The position numbers and the translations under genes are program-made. Shown piece after piece: positions 17,016 through 30,240 of a stretch of 64,000 nucleotides of DNA. The stretch's first letter is position 1. Each line of letters opens with the position of its first letter. Source of the DNA: Adineta vaga (taxonomy: Eukaryota > Animalia > Rotifera); NCBI GenBank assembly GCA_021613535.1, contig CP075495.1, positions 8,990,001 through 9,054,000 of the forward strand, written 5' to 3'. The notes beneath the pieces were generated by a model. It was not told where the DNA came from. It saw only the letters and a list, made by a program, of their open reading frames with translations, and did not search any database.

Positions 17016-19634
17016 TCAAAAAAGTAGATCAGTGGTAGTTGACATCGAACTCCATTGTATATTATTTGCCATATCAAACATTGGTTTTTGAGGATATTTT
17101 ATGATGGGATGATTTGATAAGGTTTTTGTTGAAATAATATCTGAAGAAGAATGCAATTTTTGTCGAGCCAATATCGAATAGGAATGAGTAGAAGAAGAAA
17201 TATCTGACGATTTAGAAGTTGAAAAAGAACTATGTTGAGTGCCAAGTTCATATTGATCAAGATGAGTTGGACGAAATGTATGTAATGTACCTAAAAATAA
17301 AACAATTTGTCGACATATAGATTGAATAGAGGAGATTCGGATAATACTAATAAGCAAAATATCTACCTTTTGGTTTTAATGATTTTTCTTCTGGATTATT
17401 TGTATTGAATTTAGAATTTATACGTGCTAACCGTTCAAGTTCATCATCATTAGTATAACTATCTGGTTTCTTATATAATTGTTCTTGTTTATCATTCATC
17501 TTTCCACTTATATAATTATTTACAGTGTTACTATTACCAATAGTACCATTATTATCATTATCATCATCATCATCATCATCTACACCATTTTCATTATCTG
17601 AACCAGTACTGCCAAGTTCAGCCATAGCTATTTCAAAGGATGGATATTCAAATGTTTCAATATTATCAAGAAATTGTACTCGACTATCCTGAAAGTAAAA
17701 AGAAAAGAGTATTTAGATGAATGAATAGTATTTTTGAAATTTACTTTTTTCGTTCCTGAATAGATGGATGATTTATTCAATTTTATATTTCCACCGATGA
17801 TATCAGGCGCTCGAAGTACGTCAGTTGATGTTGACATGGATAATTGATCATTTTTTATATTTTTTTGCGATATGAATGACGATGGTGGCGGTGGTGGAGG
17901 TATACAACTTGGTAATGATGATTGTGTATTTCCATTTACTCGATTTCCACCGAAAAAAGTAACTACTTTAGCAATATTAATAACTGATTTTGATATGGAT
18001 ATTAACAATGGATTAGAAATAGTTTCTGGTTGTACATCTCTTTTTTCTTCATGTACTATACGAATTGGTTGATGAACAACAGGTTTTGTTAAAGTGTTCG
18101 TTGTTATTGTTGTTGTTGATGATAATGAATTGGAATGATTGGAAGACTTTTTAATAGGTACAGAGTTTTCATTAGATTTTTGTGTATTGGTACGATTAAA
18201 TAATGCTAAACGACTTTTAAAATCTAATGGTTGACAATCAACAATTTCTGTTGACAATGATGATGATGACGATGATGATGATGATGATGTTGTTGAAGTT
18301 AACAAAAGATTTGGACGATGTTGTTCAGTTAGAGTCGTTAAACTTTCATCAGCAATCACAACACGTAATGGAATCTGTTCGTGTGGAATGGCATTACGAA
18401 TTGGTATCAATACTTTTCTTTCTTTCATTGATCCTTGATGAACCGTTTCATGATATATTTGTTCATTGGTATTCTTAGTTGTATCTGTTGGTGGTGTATG
18501 TGATATAACAAGATCGGGATACGATGCTGGCACAGGTAATGATAAAGTTGTTGATGTTGATTGTACAATAGGTACAGATGTGATTGTTCGTCGTTGCCGT
18601 AATGCCATATCATTAGGTGAAGCACTTCGTGAACGTGTTGGACTGGAAAATTCACGATGTTGGCTACTCATACGTGAACTACCAGGTGTTGATGAATTGA
18701 ATATTTTATCAGCATCATAACGACTTAAACGTATTTGTCGTTCAAACATATTCTTAACTGTAGTAACCGTACCTATACAAATCACACTATGGATTAGATT
18801 ATCAAACTTAATCATCTCTACGTGTAAGAAGTTTATCTTTAGCAAGGTATCATTAAAATTGAATTCTCGATATTCGATTAATGGTTATACTACAGCTGTT
18901 ATCTGACAGATCTCCATCTACTACAGTCTGAAGGAGAAGAAAGGAGTTACTAAAATGATTAGAAAAATACTGTTAAACATACCAGGTTTTGGTGTTTCAT
19001 CTTCATGTATTTCCTTGTACGATTGTTTATGTGTTGATAGTTTTTGGCCTGTGTGTAATTTCTCAATATGAACATCATCATTATCATTAACATTAGCATC
19101 ACCATCATCGTCATCATCGTCATCATCATCGTCATCAACATGATGGTCATCATGAGACTTTTCATTTGTTGTTGTTTCGATAATAATAACATCTTGTTTT
19201 GGTTGTAGATATGATGTAAATTGTTCATGATTAATTAATTGAACAGGAATAGAATTTATTGTATGATTATTTGTTAGATTATCTTGACTTCTTGAAAGAC
19301 GTGTAGTATGTTTTAATGATGAAAATGTTGGTTTTGTTTGAAGAAGATTTTCATTTGATGATGGTTTTGATAATCCATGTCGTGTAATTGTTGAATTATT
19401 ATTTAATAGAAATGATTCATTAACTTTTTCAAGAAAACGTTGTTTCATAGAATTAACCACACCATGTGGAACATGATCATTTGTTGGTTCACTCTCATTT
19501 ATTATATTTATTGATAAACGATTTTGTTTTGTTTGAGAAATATTACCATGAATACGACGTGTTGAATTATTCGAATAATAAGATGTATGAGGATGATGAT
19601 GATTATTGATTAATGATGGGACAAGGACAGACAT
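17016..19634 (-). CDS. Low-complexity protein with taperin/phostensin-like C-terminus (putative PP1-binding)
   Basis: Spliced exon at ~17690-17630 reads DSRVQFLDNIETFEYPSFE (RVxF + EYPS), followed by an acidic run, GTLHTFRPTH and C-terminal ...DLLF*. This layout resembles the phostensin/taperin C-terminal domain. Confidence 0.65.
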
Positions 19635-19738
19635 GACGAATGAATACACCTAAATGTACATAATCTAAAGTAGAAGTAAAAAAAAATAATCATAATACAT
19701 ATGTAAATGAAATCCGATCTATTGATAGAAAAAATATT

Positions 19739-20059
19739 TTATTTCGAAGTTATTTCGTTTCGAAGACGTTCGATAAAATCATTTTCATCGTTAGTAGTTG
19801 TTGTCGATATACGTAAAACTTTATCACGTTGTTTATGGCCATGTATGATTTCCATTCGATTGGAAGGAATTTTCAGAATACTTTTCAAAAAATCGATTAA
19901 TTCATGATTTGCTTTACCATCTTGAGCATCAGCAGCAATATCCATACGTACTTGATTGTCTGAATCAATTTCACGTATGGCATTCGTTTTAGCATTGGGT
20001 CGTACATGAATATGGAGTAGAAGATTAGTTGTTGTATGAACAATTGTTTTTTTTGACAT
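19739..20059 (-). CDS. DUF167/UPF0235 (YggU / C15orf40-like) protein, single coding exon
   Basis: IHVRPNAKTNAI...DGKANHELIDFL...IIHGHKQRDK matches the YggU/UPF0235 pattern. Confidence 0.9.
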   Translation of the reverse strand: MSKKTIVHTTTNLLLHIHVRPNAKTNAIREIDSDNQVRMDIAADAQDGKANHELIDFLKSILKIPSNRMEIIHGHKQRDKVLRISTTTTNDENDFIERLRNEITSK

Positions 20060-20754
20060 CTAGAATGGAAGGTGAAAGGACAGAAGAAGAAGAAAAAATA
20101 ATGATAGTCAAAGGCAAAAGTGAACGTCCTTTCCTATTCTTTACTTAAACTTGACAAATATACTATAGTTAATCTCCAAGTAATCATTATCAACAACATC
20201 ATTGAAAAAGTATCCCACTCTTTTCCCTTCGAATAAACAATTTGAAACCCGTTAAACATGTATATGTGTACATACAGACTCATTCACTAAACAATCATAT
20301 ACGTACATACGCCTTTGTTCATTTTGTTTCTTCGATGTGATTGCGACATCATTTTACTTTAGTTTCTTTTTTCAATCATATATGTCCATACATCATTTCA
20401 TATTACACACTTAAACTATACGTAAGAAAAAAAATGCTGGAACATAATATTACTTTTGGAGAAGAAAGGAAAAAGTTCATTTCCACTTGACAATGAATGG
20501 TGTGATAGAAAGTAAGAAGAAGAAAGAAAATAGTAAGAACTATACGTCACCTCCGGTCGCTATTATACTGGTCATGTCACTGGTCTATAGTAATGTACAG
20601 AAGTAGACAAAACGACATATGCATATGCATTCGTTTATTTGTCTTTGTACATATGTGTGCCTTTCGCTTTTTCGTATTGTAGACTGTCGTCAAACAACGA
20701 TCTGAATCAGAACAAGATGTCTCATTTATGCGTATTTCTTTCTCCTTCTTTCTT

Positions 20755-20784
20755 TCATTCATTTATTCATTCATTCATTCATTC
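20755..20784. repeat. Imperfect (TTCA)n tetranucleotide repeat
   Basis: ttcattcatttattcattcattcattcattc seen directly. Confidence 0.8.
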
Positions 20785-20969
20785 GTGATAGTCTGCATTA
20801 ACGATAAAACGAATTTCTCTCTCAATTACAATTATGTACTTATTTAAGATCAGATCGAACGAACGGAGCAATGGATGAATAAATAAATGAATGAATAAAA
20901 GTGATACAATTATAATAAAGTTAATCATTTCTTCTATTCATGGTTAAAATATAAGAAAATCGAAATAAT

Positions 20970-22921
20970 TCAACTAATTTTACATTCGATATTGTCATTG
21001 GAGTTTTGTTGTACATGTGCACTATTATTTAAAGATATATGTTGTTTAATATTTGAATGATTTTCAGTGACTGATGAAAGATCAGTTGAATTTGAAGAAT
21101 ATATTTTTGGTTTAATATTATGTAATTCATTCATTGAACAAGCAGATGAAGTGTTACTTTTGTTGAAAAGTGATGAAGAAGAAGAAGAAGACGACGACGA
21201 CGACGACGAACGATGACGACGATATGTTGATTTTGGTCTGTGTCGATGATTTTTTTCAAAATCAGTATGATTGAGTTGATCAAAAGAAATATTCGAAGAA
21301 CGAATTAAATGATTTTGTGTATATATTTGACGCGCATCATCTGTCCATTTTTGTATAAAATCATGACGAAATTGTTTGATTTGACGATGATTTAATAGAA
21401 TTTCGTCTGAAATTTTTTCATTTGATGTCACATTTTCTTTTTGTTGCCGTAACACATTGGATTTTATTGAAGTATAATGACGATTTATATGTCTAGGTAG
21501 TTTGCCATTATATTTATTATTATTACTATTGATATCAATTGAAACACTAGCAAATAAAATGTAAAAAAGAATAAAACATATTCATTGTAGATCGATTTGT
21601 TGTTTCTTTTTCTCTTTCAAATCAAATTTGAAAAGAAGTACTCGAAAGTAAAAATGTCAAATTATTTCTAGTCTCGTGAACAATAGTTAATATTTTGCAT
21701 ATTATCTTTTTTTTTGATTTGCTTTCTACAGATGACAAAAAGATATCAAATGAAGAATAAAGACAATGAATTTCATGTTTCAAACATGAACTTTCATAAG
21801 TGTTTGATATACAATAAGCTCGACAAATCTTTTTGAAAGCTAATAATCGATCGTATATTTTCATGTGTCATGAATTGTCAGAAGTTATGAAGAAGAAAGG
21901 ATAAGAATAGAAGTATATCACCTCTTCTCATTGCAAGATTTCTGATAAAAGTATGAAATGATGTAATTTAACATACCTTTCTTTTAAACTTTTATCTGAT
22001 CGAGTTGTTTGTAATGTATTTGTTTGAAGAGATTGTTTGTCTGGATTCAATCGAATCTTTTGTTCACTAGCAGCTGTAATCATTGCTGTCATATCATGTC
22101 GACGCTGTTGAGATGTACGGTTCGTATTTTTTCCATTATATAAATTATCATTGGTTCGAGTTTTAGGTACCGGAGACGTTGTTGTTTGTTTCTGACGAAG
22201 AGGTGTTGTCGAATTTGTTTGTGGTACTTTTTGTTCTTGTAAAGCTTTTTGTTGTTCGGCAGCAGCAATTTTTTCATCGATTTCAGCCTTTTGTGCTAAA
22301 CGTTCCTAATTTCAAAGAAAAGAATAGATATTTTACATATTCAACGAAATTTCTTACTAATCGACTAAGAACAATGGATAGAACGGTCATCACATCCGTA
22401 ATTGGTGCAGCAAATAGAACGGTATCTTTCATTGTACTTGCACATTCTAAACTGCATATTAATAATTTTAAGTCATGTTCCAATTGTGAAAAAATGATTG
22501 AAATCTCTCGAAAATCTCGTAGATCACGTCGTGCAATCATTTTATCGGATCGAACAGCTTCATCAAATTCTTGAATTTTTCGTTGTAATTTTTGAAACTT
22601 AACTTTTGTTTTTGGTTCAAGTACTAATGGTGCATTCGGATATCGAAGTCGACAAACACGTAATTCATTTAATGTTGCACGTGCACGAAGACAAGCATTT
22701 CGTAATAATTTGTTAAACATCATTAAATCAAAATTCAATGAAAATCGAAGATTACATTCAGGTAAACAAGCATCATCACTAATTAAACCTATTTTTTGAT
22801 TTCGTATAGTTAGTAATTTTTGTACACGTAATGCATCCATAATATTCAAGCCAAAATCTAATAATTTTAAAGTCGCTTCAATCAATTGATTGATTAAATC
22901 TTCAGCTTTGGAACAAGCCAT
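20970..22921 (-). CDS. Uncharacterised multi-exon protein (helical N-terminus, Ser/Gln/Thr-rich C-terminus); 3' end uncertain
   Basis: ORF 22283-22921 splices (RL|gtaaga...ttag|ERLAQKAE) into an open exon reaching ~21977. Further open exons with plausible splice sites lie at ~21840-21640 and ~21548-20980. No family recognised. Confidence 0.55.
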
Positions 22922-23920
22922 TTGGAAAAGAAAATTGAATTAGAAAGAGAGGAAATGATGAAGAAGACACGAACAAATAAGAACAGAGTTTTTATTTGAA
23001 TATATTTCTATTTTTTAATCGAATCGTTATTGAAAAAGGCGAATGATTTATCATGAACATTCTGTTGCTGTGGAAGATTTTGTTGAATTTTGCTTTTTTT
23101 CGTATTTTTCTCTTTTGAAAATAAAAAATAATTGAATGGAATGATTTATTTTCCAAATTATTGCGCGCCATCATTTATTTAAATCTAGAATAACAGAACA
23201 TTTTGTTTTCATCAATGATCCATCATTGTAATAGAGATCTAGATTTGTATTTATATCTGTAATTGGCTCAGATTCGGTTAATAAACTGATCTTAAATATA
23301 CTTAAACTATATCCGTTATCGATCGGCACAATTTTATTATATTCATCCTGAGATATCTTTCTCTTATAGCCCCACTGTTCTTTGCAACTGTGATAAAACA
23401 ACAAAAACAAATGCCCAAGTGATCACAACTGATGAATCGTTATATCTTACGACTATACATAGCCCGACTAAAGTTAATTACGATTTACATAAAGATAAAT
23501 TACTCGATTTCTATCATTATAACTCTAAGATAATAAAATTCTACAGAGAAAAGTTTTGCTATTAAACGATACGTGTATCATTAATAAGAGAATAGTCTTA
23601 GAAAGCATATTACATTTCGTGACAAACGATATACTATTGATGAGAATTATTCTAATCAAAAGGGATTTGATAAATAGAACACAGAACCAAGAGAATGTCA
23701 ATAATCTTACTATTCAGAATTCATTTCATAAACTACGCAAGGTCATATACGTACAATCGAATAAAGACATTTCTAGTCATTGATCAGTAAATGAAATATA
23801 TCAAGTGCAAAAGAAAACCGTTTATTAATGCATAGAACAACAAATAAAACGAAGCCAAAAGATAACAAATAGAAAAAAAGAAGAAGAAACCTGAATCACA
23901 AAAGAAAAAGTCACGAGTAT

Positions 23921-23940
23921 ACACACACACACACACACAC
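23921..23940. repeat. (AC)n microsatellite
   Basis: Seen directly. Confidence 0.9.
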
Positions 23941-24460
23941 CTATACCACCATTCAAGATTCTTGTGTTGATATTTCCTGAAAGCGAATGAACATATATAT
24001 ATGTATAACTATTTGCAATCTCGTGCGTTGAATTTCTAACTATTTCAACGTTTTGTCGTAGTTTTTTGAAGCTAATGAATATATGAAAACATACTTCATC
24101 AGTGAAAGGAAAGAGAACAAAAAAAAACAAATGTGCTGAATTAAAGAATGTGCAAAGAGACAATAGTTCACCGATGCATTTGGCAAGATTTATTAGTTTT
24201 TATATAACGAAAAAAATGTTCTTTTTTCTGATGTTTTTTGTTGCGACTGAAATGAAAGTTTTGAAAACAGATTTTTTACTAAGAAAAAAACAAAACAAAC
24301 GAAGTTAAACACCGTTAACAAAACTTCAACTGTTCAGCATAATCAAGAATACAGACAAGACAGTCGCCGATTGATTTGCTAAGAAAGAAAAAGAAAAAAA
24401 GAAAGATAGATAGAAAATGTCAATCGAATGAATTGAGAAGTGAATATTTACATTTAAAAT

Positions 24461-26167
24461 TTATTCTTTTACTTGTTTAGTCGATTCACCTTCACTGGTC
24501 ATACGTTTTCGACCTTTTTGAGGTGCATTTGATGTTATGTCCTGATTGAGAATTTTCTTCTCTTCTAATTGTTTAAGAAGAGTTTGTAACTGATCATAAA
24601 CATTCGGAACATCTAATTGAATATCATCGATATCATCAAATAAACGTAACATGCCAGTTTTAAGTTGATCATAAGTAATCACAGCTGATTTAGTCAAAGG
24701 TTCAAGAAGACTTATCATTAATTGTTGCGCACTAGAAAAATAGTCATCAATGAAACAGATCAGCTTTTGTTTTTGAGTATGTACGATTATAACTCTTTAT
24801 AGAAAAAGTTTCACATCAATTGAAATACGTACCGTTCAGTATTTTTTTCCAAACAAAAGTCCATGAGTTCATAAACAAATTCATGAAAAAAATGTGGAAC
24901 ATTTAATTCTTTTAAACACCGAATTGTTTCAGCAGAATCACCACTATCATAATATTCACGTATAATTATATTCATTCTATCAGCTAATTCTCGTACTGGT
25001 CGAAATCCACCTAGAATATTACCGAATGAAAGATATTTTCTAAATTCATTGTCAATACATACTTGATTGAGCATTCCAAACGTTATTCAAAAAATAGAAA
25101 TCACCCATTGATACAAGTGTTTCAGCTTTATCTAAAGCTGCTTGCATTTTTGAACATTTTACATTGCCCTTAAATTGATTGAAATATTTTCCACCGGTAT
25201 TATCAATACATTTATCAGCAACTGAACGAGCAAGAAATTTACCTTGAAAAAAAGAAGAAAGAATTTTTCATGATAAACGAAATCGTTTTTTTTCATTCTC
25301 TTACCAATATCAGTTGAACATTCCGGATTATCAAGTGATAAATCATTTAATGACTCTAATAATGAATTAAAACCATTAATATAATCATTCGAACGTAAAA
25401 TAATGCCATTAAGATCATGTAATAAACGTGATATTAATTCTTTATGAACATTAGATTTTTCTAATGCTCTTGTTACAACATAAGAAATGAATTCTCCACC
25501 ACCACTTTGTTTAAAATCAAATTTTCGTAAACATTGAGCAACATCATTTGCATCACCATTAGCAAAATATTCATCAATCAATGGTTTAACATCTTTATCC
25601 ATACTTTCAATCAATTCTAATTTAGTGAATTTATTTTCTAATGATGATTTCGATGATTCAGCAATATGTTTGGCTTTTACTTGATTGTATTGTAAATCAG
25701 CTAAATCATCATCATCTAAATCTTCGTTATCTTCTTCAAGTAATTCAGAACCTAGTGCACCCCATGTGTATCCACCGCCACCACCGCCTTTCTTTGCTAA
25801 ACCACGACCTTTACCTAATTAAAAGAAATAATATTCATTTAATAGATAATTAAAAAAACAAAGAGAAAAAGAGAGAGAGAGAAGATGACAAACCTTGTCT
25901 TGATTTTCGATTATATTTCTTAGAAATCTTGGCATTCTTTTGTAATAAATGTCCATGAATATCTGTTGGTGAACCGACAACTTGTGTATTCGAATTGGAA
26001 CCTGAATTTCGACGTATTTGAACACGTTTTCGTTCAGATCCTGCTGAATTCGCATCACCACCACTAGCATTATTGTTAGTTGATGCCTTTCTGTCATCAT
26101 CTTGTGATGAACCTAATTGAGCGATTAAAGCATCTACTTCGGCTTTTTCTGTGGCCGATGAACTCAT
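24461..26167 (-). CDS. PDCD4: Programmed cell death protein 4 (two MA3 domains)
   Basis: RKSRQG|KGRGLAKKGGGGGYTWG, two MA3 repeats (LIDEYF...; IIREYY...LKELNVPHFFHEFVY...LDVPNVY) and C-terminal GRKRMTSEG. Confidence 0.95.
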
Positions 26168-29100
26168 TTGATTTGTCAATAAAAACACCGGAAATATGAA
26201 CAAGAAAAAAAAGAAGAAAAGAAACTTTTTAAATTTGATTAAATACAATAAACGTCTTCCTATAGATTATAAATAATGGCGTGTCAATCTAAAGAAAAAA
26301 ATTCAATCATTTAAATTCTATATAAAATTTTTTTTATTTCATTCTTTTAGTGCATCGTAAAAGAAAGTAAGGAAAATAAATAAATAAACATAGCTTCTGT
26401 GCTATTGTGTATGTATATATGTGTACGTTTCACACTGTTGTCGATCGAAACTTTACTAACGAATGATAAATAAGATTCAAATTAAATAAGTTGAAGAATT
26501 TTTTTGAAACATGAGTCTTAAGAAAATATAGATGAATTTATAAGAAAAAAGTGAAGAAAAATTATATTTTATGTAAATATTTGTAATTATTTTCTCAATG
26601 ATGTCGTTTAAATAGGAATTAGATGGCGTTGTCAAGCAGTTACAAGAAGTAGAGGACGTCAGTTGACTAAATTGACAGAAAGAAATTTTTACAAACTCAT
26701 ATTTTCGATGTATACAATTTGATATACAAACAATTGTGATTCGAATATAGTTCTTCTGATGACATTTCAATAATTAGAAAATTTTCCTTTGCCTTTCATA
26801 CGATTTTCAAAGAACAAATTGAACTATTTTTTTCTAGAACGCACAAAAGATATAATCTGTATAATCGCATGCTTTTAGTGACATGCTATCATTATTGCGT
26901 GATTACTATATCTATATCGTCTCGTTGACAATAGTAATAAGTTTTTTTTTTCTGTAATTTTAGTACGGTTCATTTGAATCGAGAAAATGGCATCGGAGTT
27001 ATAAGCGTAAGATGTTAATTGTCCGGAAAAACTCTTGTATCGTCTACGATAATTCGCATACAAATCAGTTTATATGGAACATACGTGTGAATTATTTCTC
27101 ATTTATTCGTCTCCAGCATCTGCAATCAATAACAGTTCTAATGATAAAACCATTTGACTTCATATTATGCATCTAAATTATTTATATTGAATCTAGTTTT
27201 CAAAAATATACGTCTTATATTTAGTGTCAATTAGCAAGTTTAAGAGTTTTATAATAAATACTTCAGTTTTTTTTTTCTTTAGTTAAATACTACATACATA
27301 AGAATGGCTATGTTGGTAATAGCAAAAATTGTCAAATGTCGAATGTTTTTTTGTGAAAATTATAAAATGAGATGCATCATTGCAATGAAGAGAGAAAATA
27401 AAATCTATTTGACTGATAGACGATGTTGTCTGAAACATAAATTGATTTTCTGATTACATTTTTGCCATCACGGTCACTAATTAGTATGCAAAAGCTAACG
27501 TTTACACATTACAGTATTTTACATGATTATTGCCGATCATATTCTCAGCAGCATATCAACAAATAACAGATAATAGCGTTTCAAATCGTATTTTTTTAAT
27601 ATCTGTAACTTTTGATTTTCAGAAAAAAAATCATCGGTTAATATTTCCAACAATTATCAGGTGATTCTTATTACATAATTTCATGTTCTAAAATTTAGTG
27701 TATCTAACAGATTTTTATCACAAATAATAACAACTTTCAAAAACTGTCGAGATGTGTATCAATATAATTCTTTCAGGGCTCTAAAAACGCGCAAAAAATA
27801 ATAGGCATAGCGTTGTTATGAAAGATGACCTCATCTAGTGTTTGATTTGTTCAAGAAAGTTTATTTGCTCTACTAAACTAATCATCGTATAGATTGTGTA
27901 TTAACCTTCTGTTCCCGGAAAACATCCCATTAACTGCATCGACAACCGTGACCTTGCTACTTGTATGAAATACGTTTTTTTGTAAAAGTTAATTTTTCAT
28001 TGTCATAGTGTTTTATAGAGACTAGAAACGTTTGAGAAAGTAAACATACACATCTCCTTCCATTTGCTTCTATAACCTATTTTTCTCCCCTTTTTTTCAT
28101 TTTCTGAAAGGATGTTATTTCTACTATAAATGCTCGAATAATAGAGTGAATGCTTCTAGATTTTTTTTCTTCTTTATAAGATACAAAAAAATATATGGAA
28201 TTGATAGGACGACAGATTTATTACACCAGTTGCGATATTCTTATAATAAATGATCGTTCTAACATCGATGTGTGTATTCAATAGATATTTATCGATTGTC
28301 TCTTTTAGGTACATAACATTCGTCTATTATATATTCAATATACATTTTTGGTTATTCTTATGTTTGAAGAAAAACAACAAGTATGAATAGTAAAACTTCA
28401 GAAAGGTAGTGTGTAGATGTCTATTTCTTTTGTGAAAAACTAAACGAGAAAACCATTGAAACACTCGTCGTATAAAAAGAAACGAAAAAAATCTCGTCAA
28501 GATTTCTTTTTCTCTCTCGAGCGACAGTCAATTGTTAACGTTATGAAATAGAATTGTTAGAAACCAACAAAATTTCTGTTCTCTTTTCTTCAAATTATCT
28601 TGTTTAGCCATAGAACACTCATTAAGCATGCGTATATGACTTTTTAGTTAATTATACATTCGTACTATTTCTGGTGAGATGTCGATATTCTCTTAGAAAA
28701 TCTGATCATTTTGACAAAAGTCATCGATGTAAGACGATATGGAAATAGATTGTACAAATCACGAACATCACAATTGCAATGTGTTCGAAAAGCAACAACA
28801 ACATCTGTGATGTAAGAAATAAGACAAATCAATTTACATTTCATCTTACTTATAGAAAAAACAAAGCTTAAGTAAATTGATCCAAGTTTTTAAAACTAAA
28901 GAATATCAATAGTTCTTTTCTATTTTGCATAATTTTATATTGATTAGTGTATGTCAAAGATTATTCAATCGTCTGAAGACTAGGTTATGTAAAATATGAA
29001 GGATGACGTTGGCCTTGTCATGTGCAAACTGATAAAATATGCGACGATTGGTAGATGATAAACTTATATTGTTCATATAAGCTAACCGATATTATTTGTG

Positions 29101-30240
29101 TTCTGTTTCTTTTATCCTCATTGTATAGATAGTTTATAGATTCGAAGAAAGAGATGTTTCTCTCTCTCTGGACAATTTAGAATGTATACATGGTGTAGAA
29201 ATATCGTCTACTTGCTTATCTCTTACTAGTTCTCTTTCATCTATCGCAATGGTAAAAAAACAGGAATATGTCAGTTTGCGATCGGCTTAGGATACTCATT
29301 TGTTTCTCTCTTTTGTTCTATTTTCTTACTTGTAGATAAAAACCTTAGCCTCCTTTTTCTTCTATATTGACATTCGACGATCATAAGGTATTTTATTTTA
29401 AATAAGTAAAGTGATTGTTTCTTTTTCTTTTCTGCTGATTATTGATGAGAAGAGAAAAGAAGAAAAGTAATCTGGAAATAATTCTATCTGTGCCATCAAA
29501 TATATTTTTTCCTATATAATAATCAACGTTTGCTTAATGGTTTCTTTCGTATTTGTCATAAGTAAATACATATGATAAAAAATCGAAAAAAGAAGAAGAA
29601 CAAGTTAAGTACATATCTGAAAGATGAATATGCTAAAAGGTGCTTTAACCTGAAGAACAAAGGTGCATTTATTTTCTTTAACTCTTTTTTCTTGTTCTTC
29701 AACGACATAAAATTTAACAAATAAAATGTCTTTTTTCTTTCTCCTAGTAGTTTCTTTTCTACCGGTAGCTCGTCACTATGTTGTTGTGAAGAGAAGCAAG
29801 AAGAAGAATTTATTCAAACTTTTGAGACACATTTCTTTGGCAATGGTTTGAACAGAAATAAATGAAGACTTTTACATACTTGATCACGTGTGATATATTC
29901 AATACTTTTATTTCAGATTGAAATCAAATATTCGTTTGATTATCGTTTCATGTTTATATATTACTGTTTATAATTTCAAAATTCTTCTACCGAACAGTAT
30001 CGCGAGTATATACGAAATCATTAACCTTGACAAAATTTATGATGATACTTTGAATAATTACGTATGAAATTATCATCAACCTTCGATTGAAAACTTTTTG
30101 AAAGCAATACATATATATATATAAACGTACTCGAATATCATTACTTTCATTATCTTTATACATTCAAATATAATTTATCAATAAAATAACCTTTTTATTG
30201 CTATAACTTTCCTCGGGACAAAATACAATCAATATTAAGA

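Noticed and set aside
18227-19228. Poly-Met and poly-Asp/Ser ORFs in alternative frames or strands
   Set aside because: By-products of (GAT/CAT)n repeats within the real taperin-like coding sequence.
23171-23410. ORF with somewhat protein-like composition (...EQWGYKRKISQDEYNKIVP...)
   Set aside because: No true ATG, no recognisable family and no linked exons. It could be a decayed fragment, but I cannot support that.
26480-28000. Patches that look like decayed coding or transposon sequence between PDCD4 and the mannosidase
   Set aside because: No terminal repeats, target-site duplication or recognisable transposase motif found by eye.
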